Assembly: GCA_963833985.1 (NCBI GenBank)
Contig: CAWIAD010000002.1
Location: forward strand, 2,784,001-2,848,000
DNA: 64,000 bases
From: an uncultured Planctomycetaceae bacterium
GTDB lineage: Bacteria; Planctomycetota; Planctomycetia; Isosphaerales; Isosphaeraceae
Direction of reading: 5' to 3'
The position numbers and the translations under genes were made by a program. The stretch's first letter is position 1. Every line of letters starts with the position of its first letter. Below are positions 39,153 through 50,804 of the stretch, one piece after another. The notes under the pieces are model-generated. The model worked only from the letters and a program-made list of their open reading frames with translations, was not told where the DNA came from and did no database searches.

Positions 39153-40832
39153 ATGTCGCGATTGACTCTCTGGCTGTGCCTGGCGGCGTCGCTTGGCTGG
39201 GGCGTTTTGCTGCGCATCCCGCTCATGATCAACGCCCAGGCGCACCTGGATAGCGACCTGGCGGTGGACGGGCTGACGCTGCGGGAGGCCGTGCATGGGC
39301 ACTGGCGCTGGCACTACCCAGGCACGCCGTACACGGGCACCGGGGCAGTGCTTCTGAGCTGGCCGCAGGCGCGGATCTGGGGGGCGAATGCGGTCACGCT
39401 CGTGAGCGGGGGAACGGTCGCGCACGGGCTTGTGACGCTGGCCGTCTTTCTGCTGGCCTGGCGCGTCTTCGGGCGCACCGTGGCACTCTGCAGCCTTTTC
39501 CCGCTGACCTTCGCGTCCACCGGCGAGCTCTGGCTGTCGGGGCGGATCACCGGCGGGCACCTCCTGGTTGTGGCCTGGAGCGCGTGGGCGTGGCTGCTGC
39601 TGCATGAGTTCTGCCTGCGCCGCAGCGTGCCGGCGGCGCTTGTGCTGGGGCTCTGGTGTGGTCTGGGCATGTATCTGGACTCGATGTTCACGATCACGCT
39701 GGCGGCGCTGGCTGGCGGCGGACTGGCGGCCCTGGTGCTGGCCCGAAGGGAGAGTCGCCGCGCCGGCGGCGCCGCGCCGGCAAGCCAGCGCACGCGGGCT
39801 GCCGCGCTGGCAGGTCGTGCGGTGCTGGTGCTGGCATTCCTTGTGGGGCTGGCGCCGCGGATCATTGGCCAGCAGCTCGATCCGCACGACCCCTACCACG
39901 AGCAGTTCTCCTGGAGCCTCGAATCGCAGGTTCTGGCCGGGCACGGGCGCATCCTCGTGCTCGATTGCCTTCCCCGGCTGGTGGCCGGCCACCGCCTGCC
40001 TGGCCTGGAGGCCGACCCGGACCCCGCGCTGCTGGGCACCGCAGGGCCAGTCCGGCGCGGTGTGGGAGGCGGAGGATCGTTTCACGGCTGGTCGCTGCTG
40101 CTTGCGGTCCTGGCGCTTGGTTACTTCGCCGCGTCGCTCGCAGCGCTCGGTGCCATGGCCGTCCGCGGTCGCGAGCCCGGCCAGCGGGTCGTCGCCGCGG
40201 GACTCTTTGCATCGGCGCTGGTGATTGCCGCCGGGTTCCTGGTCAATCGCAATATCTTCAACTCGGACAACTACCGGTATCTCGTGCTACTGATCGTCCC
40301 CCAGGCGATTGGCAGCGGGCTGGTGCTGCGCCTTGCGGCGCACGCGCGACGGCCGATCCGGTGCGGGGCCACGGCCCTGGTGCTCACCCTGGGCGCGCTC
40401 TACACCGGCGACGCCGTGACGTGGTATCGTCGTTTCGGGTGGATCGATGGGAGGTTGGTGCCGGTCCAGGCTCGGCCGGTTGACCAGGCGCTTGCGTGGC
40501 TGCGGGACCATCCCGAGATCCGTTCGATCTTCGGCGATTACTGGGATGTTTACCGGCTGGCTTTCCTGAGCGGCAGAGCGGTGGAAGGCGTGCCGTTCCC
40601 GCTCTATCCGAACCGCTTTCCGGAGTGGTCGGCCGGACTGCCTGAGGATCGGCCGGAAACGCTGCTGGCCCGGCGGTCGCCGGAGGGTCGACTGTTCCTG
40701 CGTCGTGCGCTTCGCCAGGGTGGAACCGTCCTCCACCAGCAAGGCGGGCTGACCGTCGTACACTGGCCGTGGCCGGCGTCGGCGTCGGAGTCGGAATCGG
40801 CGCCGGTGTCGGCAGAGGCATCAGCGCCCTGA
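39153..40832 (+). CDS. GT-C type membrane glycosyltransferase-like protein
   Basis: LDSDLAVDGL loop, multiple TMs, NYRYL and GDYWDVYRLAFLS. Start placed at MSRLTLW. Confidence 0.65.
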   Translation: MSRLTLWLCLAASLGWGVLLRIPLMINAQAHLDSDLAVDGLTLREAVHGHWRWHYPGTPYTGTGAVLLSWPQARIWGANAVTLVSGGTVAHGLVTLAVFLLAWRVFGRTVALCSLFPLTFASTGELWLSGRITGGHLLVVAWSAWAWLLLHEFCLRRSVPAALVLGLWCGLGMYLDSMFTITLAALAGGGLAALVLARRESRRAGGAAPASQRTRAAALAGRAVLVLAFLVGLAPRIIGQQLDPHDPYHEQFSWSLESQVLAGHGRILVLDCLPRLVAGHRLPGLEADPDPALLGTAGPVRRGVGGGGSFHGWSLLLAVLALGYFAASLAALGAMAVRGREPGQRVVAAGLFASALVIAAGFLVNRNIFNSDNYRYLVLLIVPQAIGSGLVLRLAAHARRPIRCGATALVLTLGALYTGDAVTWYRRFGWIDGRLVPVQARPVDQALAWLRDHPEIRSIFGDYWDVYRLAFLSGRAVEGVPFPLYPNRFPEWSAGLPEDRPETLLARRSPEGRLFLRRALRQGGTVLHQQGGLTVVHWPWPASASESESAPVSAEASAP

Positions 40833-40854
40833 GTCAGTCGGGGCATCGTCCAGC

Positions 40855-43530
40855 TTGTTCGCGGGCCTGGCAACGTATCGAGGGGCCGTCGTGGCAGGAG
40901 CAGTTGCAGAGCCGGAGGCAACGCAGGCCCCGGCGCAAGGTGATACCTGGTTCGTGCGAACGGCCCGGAGCCCGGCGGACCTGGCTGCCCTGCTGGTCTG
41001 GACACTCGCAGTGGTCTGGCTCTTCCGCGAGGCCGTCCTGCTCCGCGGCGCGCTCTTCTACTTCGACATCACCGAGATCAACTTCCCCTACCGGGCGTTC
41101 TTCGCCGCCGAGCTGAGGGCTGGGCGATTCTCGCGCTGGTGTCCGCTGCTGTACTGCGGCATGCCGCTCTACAGCGAAAGTCAGGCGGGCTACCTGCACC
41201 CGCTGAAGTACCTGCTCTATCCCTGGATGGAGACCTGGAAGGCGTTCAACCTGGACACGGTGCTCTCGATCTGGCTCACCGGCCTTGGCACGTACGGATG
41301 GCTGCGCCGGCACGTTCGCCCGGCGGCCGCGCTCACGGGCGCGGGTCTCTTCGGGCTGGGAGGCTTCACCTGGGCGCACCTGGTTCACACCAGCATGATC
41401 AACGCGCTGGCGAGCGTGCCGTTTGTCATCTGGGGGCTGGAATGGTCCTGGCAGGACGGCCGCTGGCGCGGGATCATCCTGGCGGCCCTGGCCCTGGCGT
41501 GTGAGGTCTTCGCGGGGCATCTCCAGGACGTGCTGCTCACGTCTGGAATCGTCGCGCTCTATGGGCTGTACCGGTTCGCCACCGGGCCGCCGAGGCCAGC
41601 GCGGCGCGATCTGGCAATGGCCGCGGGGCTGATCGGCCTGGGCGTGCTGATCTCGGCCGTGCAATGGATCCCGTCCAAGGAGCTGCTCGACCGCTCGCCC
41701 AGGGCCGGCGGGCTGAGTTACAAGGAACTGACCTACGCTTCCTGGTCTCTCGAGCTGCTGCCGACGCTGGCGATGCGCGAAGCCTACGGCACGCGGGCCC
41801 GCGATACCGACTGGATGAACGGGTTCTATCCCTATCACGAAATGGACGCCTACCTCGGGCTGCTGGGGCTGGCCCTGGCGGTGATCGGCGCGGGAGGGCC
41901 GGGTCTGCGCGATCGCTGGACGGGCTTCTGGGTGCTGCTGGCGGCCCTCGGCGGGGTGCTCATGCTCGGTCGGTTCACTTTCCTGTTCGACTACGCGAAC
42001 CGGATTCCCGTGCTGGGCAGCTCGCGGGAGCCGGTCCGGTTCCACCTCTGGGTGTCGCTGGCGGTGGCCGCGCTGGCGGCCACCGGCGTGGAGCGACTGG
42101 CCCGGCCGGGCTTCGTGCGGCTCCGCTGGGCGGCCCTGCTGGTTGCGGGGCTGATCGCCGTCTCGATCCCGATCATGGTCTTCATCTATTCGCCCGTCTG
42201 GACCGATCCGGGGCGCTGGAGCACCGCGTACCACCTTCAGCGTTACGCCTGGCTGGGGAAAGAGCTCCAGCGCGCCGGGGCGCGCGACGCGGTCTTGATC
42301 GTGCTGGGTCTGGCGGTTGCCTGGTGCGCCAGCCGATCCCGGCTGGCCCGGACGAGGGGGGTCCTGGCCTGGGTGTTCCCGATTCTCGTCCTGGTTGACC
42401 TGGGCTGGGCACACATGCACGATGCACCGACGGTGGACCCGGCCTACTGGACCACTCCGCCGGAGACGGTGGTCCGGCTCAAGTCCGACCCGGGCTTCAT
42501 CCGGGTGTTTGGGCGCGGCGACAAGCATTCCGGCGAGCCGGGCCATGCGTCGGAGGCCATCGATTATCTGCCGGCGCGCGACGCGCTGGACTGGAGCTTG
42601 CCGGCGGTCTGGGGGCTGGCCTCATCCAAGGGAGAGACGCCGATGATTCCGCGCCGCCTGCTGGATTACTTCGACCACGTGCAGCGCGGGACCGGGCGGT
42701 TCGACATCGAGTGCGTCAGCCACTTCGTCACGGGACGAGCCCTGAGGAAAACTTCGACCTCGGGCGAGCCCGTGGGCATTGCGTTCATTCATCGCAACCC
42801 CGGCGTGCTCCCCAGGGCCCGGTTGCTGGGCCGGCCGGTGTACGTGGCAGACGCGGCCGAGGGAGTGCAGGCTCTGGAGCGTCTCGGACCGGAGAACTTG
42901 AAACGGCTGATCGTGGAGGACGCGGACCGGCCGCTCGACCCGGACGCCGGGGTTTCGGGAACGGCCCGGATCATCACCGATCTGCCCGAGCGGGTGGCCG
43001 TCGCGACTGAAGCTTCAACGCCGGCCTACCTGTTCCTGGCCGACACCTTCGATCCCGGCTGGTCGGCCACCGTGGATGGTAAGCCAGCGCCGATCCGCCC
43101 GGCCTACGTGGCATTTCGAGCGGTGGCACTGCCGGCGGGGTCGCATACGGTCGTGTTCCGTTACGTGCCCGCCGGCTTCAAGCTGGGGCTGGCGATCTCG
43201 CTCGCAGGGCTCTTGCTTGCGATCCTCGTCTGGCTGCGGCCGGCTCTGGCCATTTCCATGACCCGTTTGAGTTCGACGAGCATCTTGCTCGCGAGCGTCC
43301 TCCGGCTGCGGCCGGCTGCGGCCGGTTCACCGTACGGCGACCACCTGGTGCTGGACCGGGCGCCCTGGTTCCGCAAGCGGCTCTTCCTGGCGCTGGCGTT
43401 CATCGTGGCGGTCTCCACTGTGAAAATCGCTCCGGGGCCGAGGCTCACGGTGCACGACCGCTGGACCGGCGGCGTTCACCGTTTCACCTGGGGCGCGGGG
43501 ATCGCGGCGATGAAGGATAACCGGCAATGA
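40855..43530 (+). CDS. YfhO-family membrane protein (GT-C fold)
   Basis: WCPLLYCGMP, AGHLQ and the C-terminal LADTFDPGWSATVDG...FRAVALPAGSHTVVFRY YfhO signature. Confidence 0.85.
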   Translation: MFAGLATYRGAVVAGAVAEPEATQAPAQGDTWFVRTARSPADLAALLVWTLAVVWLFREAVLLRGALFYFDITEINFPYRAFFAAELRAGRFSRWCPLLYCGMPLYSESQAGYLHPLKYLLYPWMETWKAFNLDTVLSIWLTGLGTYGWLRRHVRPAAALTGAGLFGLGGFTWAHLVHTSMINALASVPFVIWGLEWSWQDGRWRGIILAALALACEVFAGHLQDVLLTSGIVALYGLYRFATGPPRPARRDLAMAAGLIGLGVLISAVQWIPSKELLDRSPRAGGLSYKELTYASWSLELLPTLAMREAYGTRARDTDWMNGFYPYHEMDAYLGLLGLALAVIGAGGPGLRDRWTGFWVLLAALGGVLMLGRFTFLFDYANRIPVLGSSREPVRFHLWVSLAVAALAATGVERLARPGFVRLRWAALLVAGLIAVSIPIMVFIYSPVWTDPGRWSTAYHLQRYAWLGKELQRAGARDAVLIVLGLAVAWCASRSRLARTRGVLAWVFPILVLVDLGWAHMHDAPTVDPAYWTTPPETVVRLKSDPGFIRVFGRGDKHSGEPGHASEAIDYLPARDALDWSLPAVWGLASSKGETPMIPRRLLDYFDHVQRGTGRFDIECVSHFVTGRALRKTSTSGEPVGIAFIHRNPGVLPRARLLGRPVYVADAAEGVQALERLGPENLKRLIVEDADRPLDPDAGVSGTARIITDLPERVAVATEASTPAYLFLADTFDPGWSATVDGKPAPIRPAYVAFRAVALPAGSHTVVFRYVPAGFKLGLAISLAGLLLAILVWLRPALAISMTRLSSTSILLASVLRLRPAAAGSPYGDHLVLDRAPWFRKRLFLALAFIVAVSTVKIAPGPRLTVHDRWTGGVHRFTWGAGIAAMKDNRQ

Positions 43531-43856
43531 TTCAGCCGGAGTTCGCAGCGGACGCCATCCCTTGCATGCTGAACCCGTGCGATCGCGCCGGGGTTGAGGT
43601 CGGGAAGTGCCGGCAACCGCGGAACTCCGTTTCTTGAAGCTCAGGATCCTCTCCGGTACTCATCCCCGGGCGCGAGGAATCCCCCTTGTCCCTGGTCCGG
43701 CAGTCCCATCTTACCCATAGATGCAAGCATGATGCGGCGGCTCGCTGATGAGGGATTGAATTCCGCCGCGTCTTTGCCTATTGTTGGTACCTTAAAGTGT
43801 TGTACGGTTTCACAATGACGGCCGTCGGACGAAGGGCGGCGGTAGTGGGGTCAGAG

Positions 43857-44126
43857 ATGTCGATCACCAGGGAGAAGAAGTCGGAACTGATCGAGTCGTT
43901 CAAGCGGGGCGAACACGACACGGGTTCGCCGGAGGTGCAGATCGCGCTGTTGACGGCCCGGATCAATGACTTGACGGACCATTTCAAGACGCACGCCAAG
44001 GACCATGCCAGCCGCCGCGGACTGCTCATGATGGTCTCGAAGCGGTCGGGGCTGCTCAAGTACTTGCGGCTGCACGATCGGAAGAAGTATCTCGACGTGA
44101 TCGGCCGCCTGGGAATTCGCAAGTAG
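43857..44126 (+). CDS. rpsO: 30S ribosomal protein S15
   Basis: 89 aa MSITREKK...[13 protein letters not shown]...[12 protein letters not shown]...LGIRK. Confidence 0.98.
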   Translation: MSITREKKSELIESFKRGEHDTGSPEVQIALLTARINDLTDHFKTHAKDHASRRGLLMMVSKRSGLLKYLRLHDRKKYLDVIGRLGIRK

Positions 44127-44151
44127 CCTGCTCCCCGATCGCGGGGCAGGC
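44126..44151 (+). terminator. GC-rich hairpin directly after rpsO (terminator or processing stem)
   Basis: GCCTGCTCCCCG-ATCG-CGGGGCAGGC stem-loop. No U-tract. Confidence 0.4.
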
Positions 44152-44518
44152 ATGCCGCGCAGTCAGGCAGCCGCGGCCCGTAGCATCTGGGACAGACGCC
44201 GGTTCCATCCGGCCTGATTTGCGTTTCATCGAAGATTGTTTTCTTGCCGGTGCAATGCCAGCAACGGGATCCGAGTTCACCGTGACAATTCGCCCGCGTT
44301 CTGCCGGGGAGCCCTGCGATGGTGAGCCTGCGAGCAGCCGAGGCCTGGCTGGCGTAGTCGAACTCCACGCGCCGGGTCAGCGGGCTGGCGGACTTGCGGT
44401 CGGTCCCCGCGGAGACGCGTGCACGCTCCCACGGAGCGCGTGCCGCCGGCAGCGGGCATTCCACTCCTCCTCTTACATTCAGTGACGCCGCCTCGGGCGG
44501 CCTTGCAGGTAGTATTCC

Positions 44519-46911
44519 ATGTCCAGTAACGCCTTAGCTCGCAAGATTGTGGAACGGACCATCGGTGGGAAAGTGATCAGCATCGAGACGGGCTTCCTGG
44601 CCAAGCAGGCCAGCGGCGCCGTGGTCGTGCGCATCGGCGATACCATGTCGCTGGTGGCAACCATGGCCGCGCCGGACGGGAGGGCCTTGATTTCTTTCCG
44701 CTCACCGTGGATTACCGCGAGAAGACCTATGCCGCGGGCAAGTTTCCCGGCGGCTTCATCAAACGTGAAGGGCGGCCTTCCACCAAGGAGATCCTCACCG
44801 CCCGCCTCATCGACCGGCCGATCCGCCCGCTTTTCCCGGAGTGGTATCGCGAGGAGGTGCAAATCCAGGCCGGGCCGATCTCGGCCGATCGCCAGAACGA
44901 TCCGGACGTTCCCTCGATCATCGGGGCCTCGGCCTCGCTGTTGCTGACCAAGGCGCCTTTCCAGGGGCCGATCGGCGCTGTGCGGCTGGCGCGCGTCGAG
45001 GGCGCGCTCATCGCGTTCCCCACGGTGGAAGAGCTGGAGAACAGCGATCTGGACCTGGTCGTTTGCAGTACCTCGAAGGCCGTGGTGATGATCGAGGGCT
45101 TCGGCGACGAGCTGCCCGAGCCCGAGATGGCCGACGCGATCATGCACGCACACGGGCTGAACCAGGAGGTCATCCAGCTTCAGTTCGATCTGCTCGAGGC
45201 CCTGGGTCTGCCCATACCCGAGCATGCCGAGACGCACCCCGACGCGCTCCGACAGTTGCTTTACGACCGCTTTGCCGAGCGGCTCCGCGAGGTGAAGCAG
45301 ATTGTGCTCAAGCAGGAACGGAACAGCGCCACGAAGGCCCTGCTGGAGCAGGTGATCAAGGAGCTGATCCCCGCCGAGGGCGAGCCGCTGGCCGTTGCCG
45401 CGGCAACACCGGCCGGGGGCAGCGAGGGAGCCGAAGCACCGGGGCCGACGCCCGTGACGCCCGGCCGGATCAAGGCCGCGTTCACGGCGGTCGAGGAGCG
45501 GGTGGTGCGTGAGCTGATCCTCGACGGCAAGCGGCCCGACGGCCGCGGCCCGCGCGACCTGCGCTCCATCCGCTGCGAGGTGGGTCTGTTGCCGCGCGCC
45601 CACGGCTCGGCCATCTTCCAGCGCGGCGAGACCCAGGCCCTGGTGACCACGGTGCTGGGCACCACCGCCGACGAGCAGCGCGTCGATGGCATCATGGACG
45701 AATATAGCAAGAAGTTCATGCTCGATTACAACATGCCGCCGTTCGCCGTCGGCGAGATCCGGCCCATTCGCGGGCCGGGCCGGCGTGAGATCGGCCATGG
45801 CGCCCTGGCGGAACGCTCGGTGGCGCCGATCCTGCCCAATCCCGCGAAGTTTCCGTACACGATCCGGGTGATCTCCGACATCCTCGAGTCCAACGGCTCC
45901 AGCTCGATGGCCTCGGTCTGCGGTGCCACGCTCAGCCTGATGGACGCAGGCGTACCGATCAGCGACCCGGTGGGGGGAATCTCGATCGGCCTGGTGCAGG
46001 ACGAGTCCGGCGGCCGTCACACCCTCCTGACCGACATCATCGGCGACGAGGACCACTTCGGCGACATGGATTTCAAGGTCGCCGGCACGCAGCGCGGGGT
46101 CACCGGCATCCAGCTTGATCTCAAGAACAAGGGGATCACCGAGGAAATCATCCGCGAGACCCTGGAGCAGGCCCACGAGGCACGGCTGGAGATCCTGCGG
46201 GCCATGCTGCGGGCCATCAAGCGGCCGCGTGACGAGATCTCGTCGAACGCTCCTCGGCTCATCCAGATCCAGATCAATCCCGAGAAGATCGGCCTGATCA
46301 TCGGCCCGGGTGGCAAGACCATCCGCCGGCTCCAGGACGAGACGGGCGCCAAGATCGACATCGAGGACAGCGGCGTGGTCACGCTCTCGAGCCCCGATGC
46401 GACCGGGGCCGAGGCGGCCCGCGACAAGATCGTCGCCATGACCGAGGGCGTGCAGATTGGCCGCATCTACGAGGGCCGGGTCACCTCCATCAAGGAGTTC
46501 GGGGCCTTCGTGGAGATCCTTCCCGGCAAGGACGGCCTGGTGCACATCAGCGAGCTTTCCGACGGCTACGTCTCGAGCGTGACGGACATCTGTCGGGTCG
46601 GCGATCCGATGCTGGTGAAGGCCATTGCGGTGGACGACCAGGACCGTGTGAAGCTCTCGCGCAAGGCGGCGATGGCCGAACGCGGCCTGCCCGACGAATT
46701 CGCGAGCAGGACCCGGCCGCCGGGCGGCCCCGCCGAGAGACCGCCGGGCGGCGGGCCGGGAGCCGCGCCGCGACGCGTTCCAGGGCCTCCGGGAGACCCC
46801 GGCAGGGATCGCGACCGTGAACGCGAACGGGGCTTCGCCGGCGGCGACCGTGATCGTGATCGTGATCGTGATCGTGATCGTGGCGGCGCGCGGGGACCCT
46901 CTCGGCCCTGA
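44519..46911 (+). CDS. pnp: Polyribonucleotide nucleotidyltransferase, frameshift near 44673
   Basis: IETGFLAKQASGAV, DFFPLTVDYREK, RREIGHGALAER, ESNGSSSMAS, GDMDFKVAGT, KH and S1 domains. Follows rpsO. Confidence 0.96.
46847..46881 (+). repeat. (GATCGT)n hexamer repeat encoding Arg-Asp repeats in the PNPase tail
   Basis: Visible tandem CGTGAT units, reading DRDRDRDRDRDR. Confidence 0.9.
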
Positions 46912-47005
46912 CCGACAAGCGATGCAAAACGCGGGCCGGCCCGGTTGTTGCGGGGAGGTCCATTTGCCCACAGCCGGGAATCGAGGGATTCCGCGAAGGG
47001 GTCTC

Positions 47006-47971
47006 ATGGTGAACCCTGCTCCCCGCTCCGCTGCCGATCCAGTCGTCGAGCCGGCCGGCAGCACCGGGCCGCACGCCCGGGCCGCCAGTCCGGCCGCGTC
47101 TGCGTCTGGGTCTGCATCCGCGTCTCCGTCTGCATCCGCGTCCGCACCGCCGCGATCGCAGGCCGGCGGTGCGAACCCGCGCGTGCTGTCCCGTCCGCCC
47201 GGGCCGGATGCCGATGCCCCACCGGTCGACCAGCCGGGCGACCCTGATCTGACGAATCGATTGCGGGCGCAGTATGCCGAGATCTCCCAGCTTGCGGGCG
47301 GGCTGGCACACGAGATTCGCAATCCGCTGTCCACGCTATCCCTCAACCTGGACCTGCTGGCCGAGGATTTCCAGACGCCCGAATCGCCGCGCGACCGCCG
47401 GGTCAAGCAGCGGCTGGAGCGGCTCAAGCGCGAGACGCAACGGCTCTACGACATCCTGGAAAACTTCCTGCGCTTCGCCCGGGTGCAGGAGCTGAAGCGA
47501 TCCGCCACCGATCTGAACGCGCTGGCCGCCGAGCTGACCGACTTCTACGAGCCGCAGGCCTCGACCCGGGGCATTCTGGTGCGCACTTACTTCGCCCCCG
47601 ACCTGCCGCGGCTGGAGATCGACGCCGACCTGATCAAGCAGGCGCTCCTGAACCTGATGCTCAACGCCGAGCAAGCCATGGGTCAGGGTGGAGAGCTGAT
47701 CATGACCACCAGGCGCGAGGGACCCTGGCTCGTGCTCGAGGTGACCGACACGGGCAGCGGCATGGCGGCGGACGTCCAGCGCAGGATCTTTGATCCGTTT
47801 TACTCCACGCGTCCCGGCGGCAGCGGCCTGGGCCTGCCGACCACCCGGAAAATCATCGAGGCGCACGGCGGGACGATCGAGGTTCACAGCGAGCCGGGCA
47901 AGGGGTCGCGCTTCTCCCTGCGGTTGCCCCTGCGGACCCCGGCGCAGACGATCGCCTCCGAGACGTCGTGA
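47006..47971 (+). CDS. Sensor histidine kinase (NtrB-like, cytoplasmic)
   Basis: [10 protein letters not shown]-box, NLMLNA, DTGSG and GSGLGL motifs. No TM segment. Start uncertain. Confidence 0.88.
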   Translation: MVNPAPRSAADPVVEPAGSTGPHARAASPAASASGSASASPSASASAPPRSQAGGANPRVLSRPPGPDADAPPVDQPGDPDLTNRLRAQYAEISQLAGGLAHEIRNPLSTLSLNLDLLAEDFQTPESPRDRRVKQRLERLKRETQRLYDILENFLRFARVQELKRSATDLNALAAELTDFYEPQASTRGILVRTYFAPDLPRLEIDADLIKQALLNLMLNAEQAMGQGGELIMTTRREGPWLVLEVTDTGSGMAADVQRRIFDPFYSTRPGGSGLGLPTTRKIIEAHGGTIEVHSEPGKGSRFSLRLPLRTPAQTIASETS

Positions 47972-48099
47972 GTGGGCGGCGTCCTGCTTTCCTTCCCCGT
48001 GAGCGGTCCTGGTTGGCCCGGCATTCGAGTGTCGTCATGCAGGGCAAATCGGGTCCCGCGGAAACCAACGCACCACCCGGACGAGCTGAGAAGCGGCCG

Positions 48100-49470
48100 A
48101 TGGACCAGCAGATTCGCGTGCTTGTGGTCGACGACGATGAGCCCCATGCCGAGGCCGTGGCCGAGAGCCTGGAGCGCGTGGGCTACGAGTGCGTCGTGGC
48201 CAACAGCGGTCGCGAGGGACTGCGGCTGATCGAGGAACAGACCTTCGACATCATCATCTCCGACCTGATCATGGAAGGCGTGGGCGGGCTGGAGATCCTG
48301 GCCAAGGCCAAGCGCGAGCTGCCCGACGCCGAGGTGGTCATCCTCACCGGGCACGGTACGATCAAGACCGCCGTCACGGCCATGCAGGCGGGCGCCACCA
48401 CGTACCTTACCAAGCCGCTCGATATCGGCGAGCTGCGCACGGTCGTGGACAAGGCATCGCAGTCCCAGCGCCTGGCGCGGTCGAACGTCGAGTTGCAGAA
48501 GCAGCTCAACGAGAAGTTCGGCTTCGAGGGGGTGATCGGCAACTCGCCGGCGATGCACACCGTCGTCGCCCGGCTGCGGCAGATCGCACCCACCTCGGCC
48601 TCGGTGCTGATCACCGGCGAGTCAGGCACCGGCAAGGAGCTGGTCGCCAAGGCGCTGCACAATAACAGCCCCCGGCGGTACAAGCCGTTCGTCGCGCTGA
48701 ACTGTGCCGCGCTCTCCGACAACATCCTGGAAAGCGAGCTGTTCGGGCACGTCAAGGGCGCCTTCACCGGGGCTGACCGGGAGCGCAAGGGGTGGTTCGA
48801 GCACGCCAACGGCGGCACGCTCTTCCTGGACGAGGTGGGCGACATCCCGCTGGGCACCCAGGTGAAGCTGCTGCGCGCACTCGAGAGCGGCGAGATCGTC
48901 CGCGTGGGCACGAACGAGCCGATCAAGGTCAACGTCCGGCTCATCTCGGCCACCAACCGCGAGCTCAGCGACGCCATCGCCGCCAGCGACTTCCGCCAGG
49001 ACCTGTACCACCGGCTCAAGGTGGTGAGCATCAAGCTTCCGCCGCTCCGCGAACGGCGCGAGGACATGGACCTGCTGATCGACCACTTCCTCAAGGAATT
49101 CTCCGCGTCCCACAGTCGCAAGATCAGCGCCGTCACTGCCGCGGTGCGCAAGCTCTTGCGGCAATACTCCTGGCCGGGAAACGTCCGAGAGCTGAAGAAC
49201 GTGATCGAGAGCATGGTGGTCATTGACACCGACGGCGTGCTTGACGTCGACGACCTCACCGAGGACATCCAGGCCGCCACCGTGGCCAGGACCGGCGACA
49301 GCGGCAGCGTCTCCGATGCACTCCTGGGCAAGCCGCTCGATGTCATCGAGAAGCACTTCATCCTGGAAACGCTGAAGCTCTGCGGAGGCAACCGCGAGGA
49401 GGCCGCGCGGATGCTCGGCATCGGCGAGCGCACGCTGTACCGCAAGCTCAAGGAGTATGGCGGAGGCTGA
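48100..49470 (+). CDS. Sigma54-dependent response regulator (NtrC family)
   Basis: Receiver [27 protein letters not shown] and a Fis-type HTH. Confidence 0.95.
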   Translation: MDQQIRVLVVDDDEPHAEAVAESLERVGYECVVANSGREGLRLIEEQTFDIIISDLIMEGVGGLEILAKAKRELPDAEVVILTGHGTIKTAVTAMQAGATTYLTKPLDIGELRTVVDKASQSQRLARSNVELQKQLNEKFGFEGVIGNSPAMHTVVARLRQIAPTSASVLITGESGTGKELVAKALHNNSPRRYKPFVALNCAALSDNILESELFGHVKGAFTGADRERKGWFEHANGGTLFLDEVGDIPLGTQVKLLRALESGEIVRVGTNEPIKVNVRLISATNRELSDAIAASDFRQDLYHRLKVVSIKLPPLRERREDMDLLIDHFLKEFSASHSRKISAVTAAVRKLLRQYSWPGNVRELKNVIESMVVIDTDGVLDVDDLTEDIQAATVARTGDSGSVSDALLGKPLDVIEKHFILETLKLCGGNREEAARMLGIGERTLYRKLKEYGGG

Positions 49471-49526
49471 TGCGGTCCGGCCATTTCGATGGCACATGTT
49501 CCTGTAGACAATGGGAGATCCCGTTC

Positions 49527-50804
49527 ATGGAAATGACGCTCGAGACCGGCGCGGCGGGCCGCGCTGCCCTGACATCGATGTTCTTCTGTGTGCTGCCCCT
49601 GGTGCTCGAGCCGGCGGGCCGGTCCCAGGAGGTCCTTCCGCGCGCCACTCCCGAGTCGGTCGGCGTCTCCTCCGAGCGACTCCAGCGCGTCGGCACGGCC
49701 ATCCAGCGGCACATTGACGCGCAGCACATCTCCGGGGCCGTCACCCTGGTGGCTCGCAAGGGGTTCGTCGTTCAGTATGAAGCGTACGGCGTGCGGGATG
49801 TCGCATCGAAGGCGCCCATGACCCGCGACACGATCTTCAGGATGGCCTCGTCGACCAAGCCGGTCACCGGAGCGGCCGTGCTGATGATGGTCGAGGAGGG
49901 AAAGCTCCATCTGGCCGATCCGGTTTCGAAGTACATCCCGGAGTTCAAGGACCTGAAGGTCGCCGTCGAGAAGGAGCATTCGTCCGATGTGGAGCTGGTG
50001 AAGGCCGACCGCGAGATCACCGTGCGCGACCTGCTCACCCACACGTCCGGCTTGCTCAGCGGCGGTGCGGGCACGCGGAAATCACCCCAGGACCTGATGT
50101 GGCCGAAAGGCGAGGACACGCTTGCAACGCACGTCCCCCGGCTGGCCGCGGCCGCGCTGGATTTCCAGCCGGGCACGAAGTGGCGTTACAGCGGCCTGGC
50201 CGGCATCGACACCCTGGGGCGCCTCGTCGAGATCGCCTCGGGCGAGAGCTTCGACGCCTTCCTGCGACAGCGGATCTTCGAGCCCCTGGGCATGCGCGAT
50301 ACCTGTTTCGTCGTTCCCGACGACCGCCAGGCGCGGGTCGCGACGATCTACCGGAGCACGGGTAACGGGCTGGAACAGAACCCCATGCAACTGCGGTTCC
50401 CGAAGACCTATTTCTCGGGAGCCGGCGGGCTCGCCTCCACGGCCGCGGACTACTTCCGCTTCGGCCAGATGCTGCTGAACCGCGGCGCACTCGACGGCAA
50501 GCAGATCCTCAGCCCGCGCAGCGTGGCGCTCATGTCCTCGAACCACGTCGGCGAGATGTTCCCGGGTCAGCTTGGCCGGCCCGAGGGCATGGGGTTCGGC
50601 TTCACGGTCGAAGTGGTGGTCGACCCGATCGCCGCCGGGACCTATCGCTCGGCCGGCAGCTTCGGCTGGGATGGCGCCTTCGGCACCCACTTCTGGGTCG
50701 ACCCCGAGGAGCAGCTCGTCGCCGTACTCATGATCCAGACCTCCGCCGCCCGCCCCATTCACCGCGACTTCGAGACCGCCGTGATGCAGGCGATCGTGGA
50801 GTAG
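49527..50804 (+). CDS. Serine hydrolase (beta-lactamase family)
   Basis: FRMASSTK (SxxK), LLTHTSG, WRYS and GWDGAFGT motifs. Start uncertain. Confidence 0.88.
   Translation: MEMTLETGAAGRAALTSMFFCVLPLVLEPAGRSQEVLPRATPESVGVSSERLQRVGTAIQRHIDAQHISGAVTLVARKGFVVQYEAYGVRDVASKAPMTRDTIFRMASSTKPVTGAAVLMMVEEGKLHLADPVSKYIPEFKDLKVAVEKEHSSDVELVKADREITVRDLLTHTSGLLSGGAGTRKSPQDLMWPKGEDTLATHVPRLAAAALDFQPGTKWRYSGLAGIDTLGRLVEIASGESFDAFLRQRIFEPLGMRDTCFVVPDDRQARVATIYRSTGNGLEQNPMQLRFPKTYFSGAGGLASTAADYFRFGQMLLNRGALDGKQILSPRSVALMSSNHVGEMFPGQLGRPEGMGFGFTVEVVVDPIAAGTYRSAGSFGWDGAFGTHFWVDPEEQLVAVLMIQTSAARPIHRDFETAVMQAIVE

Noticed and set aside
44479..50042. Long minus-strand ORFs (982 aa, 619 aa) and similar shadows elsewhere
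   Set aside because: Antisense to pnp and the two-component genes. Stop-poor shadow frames are expected at high GC.
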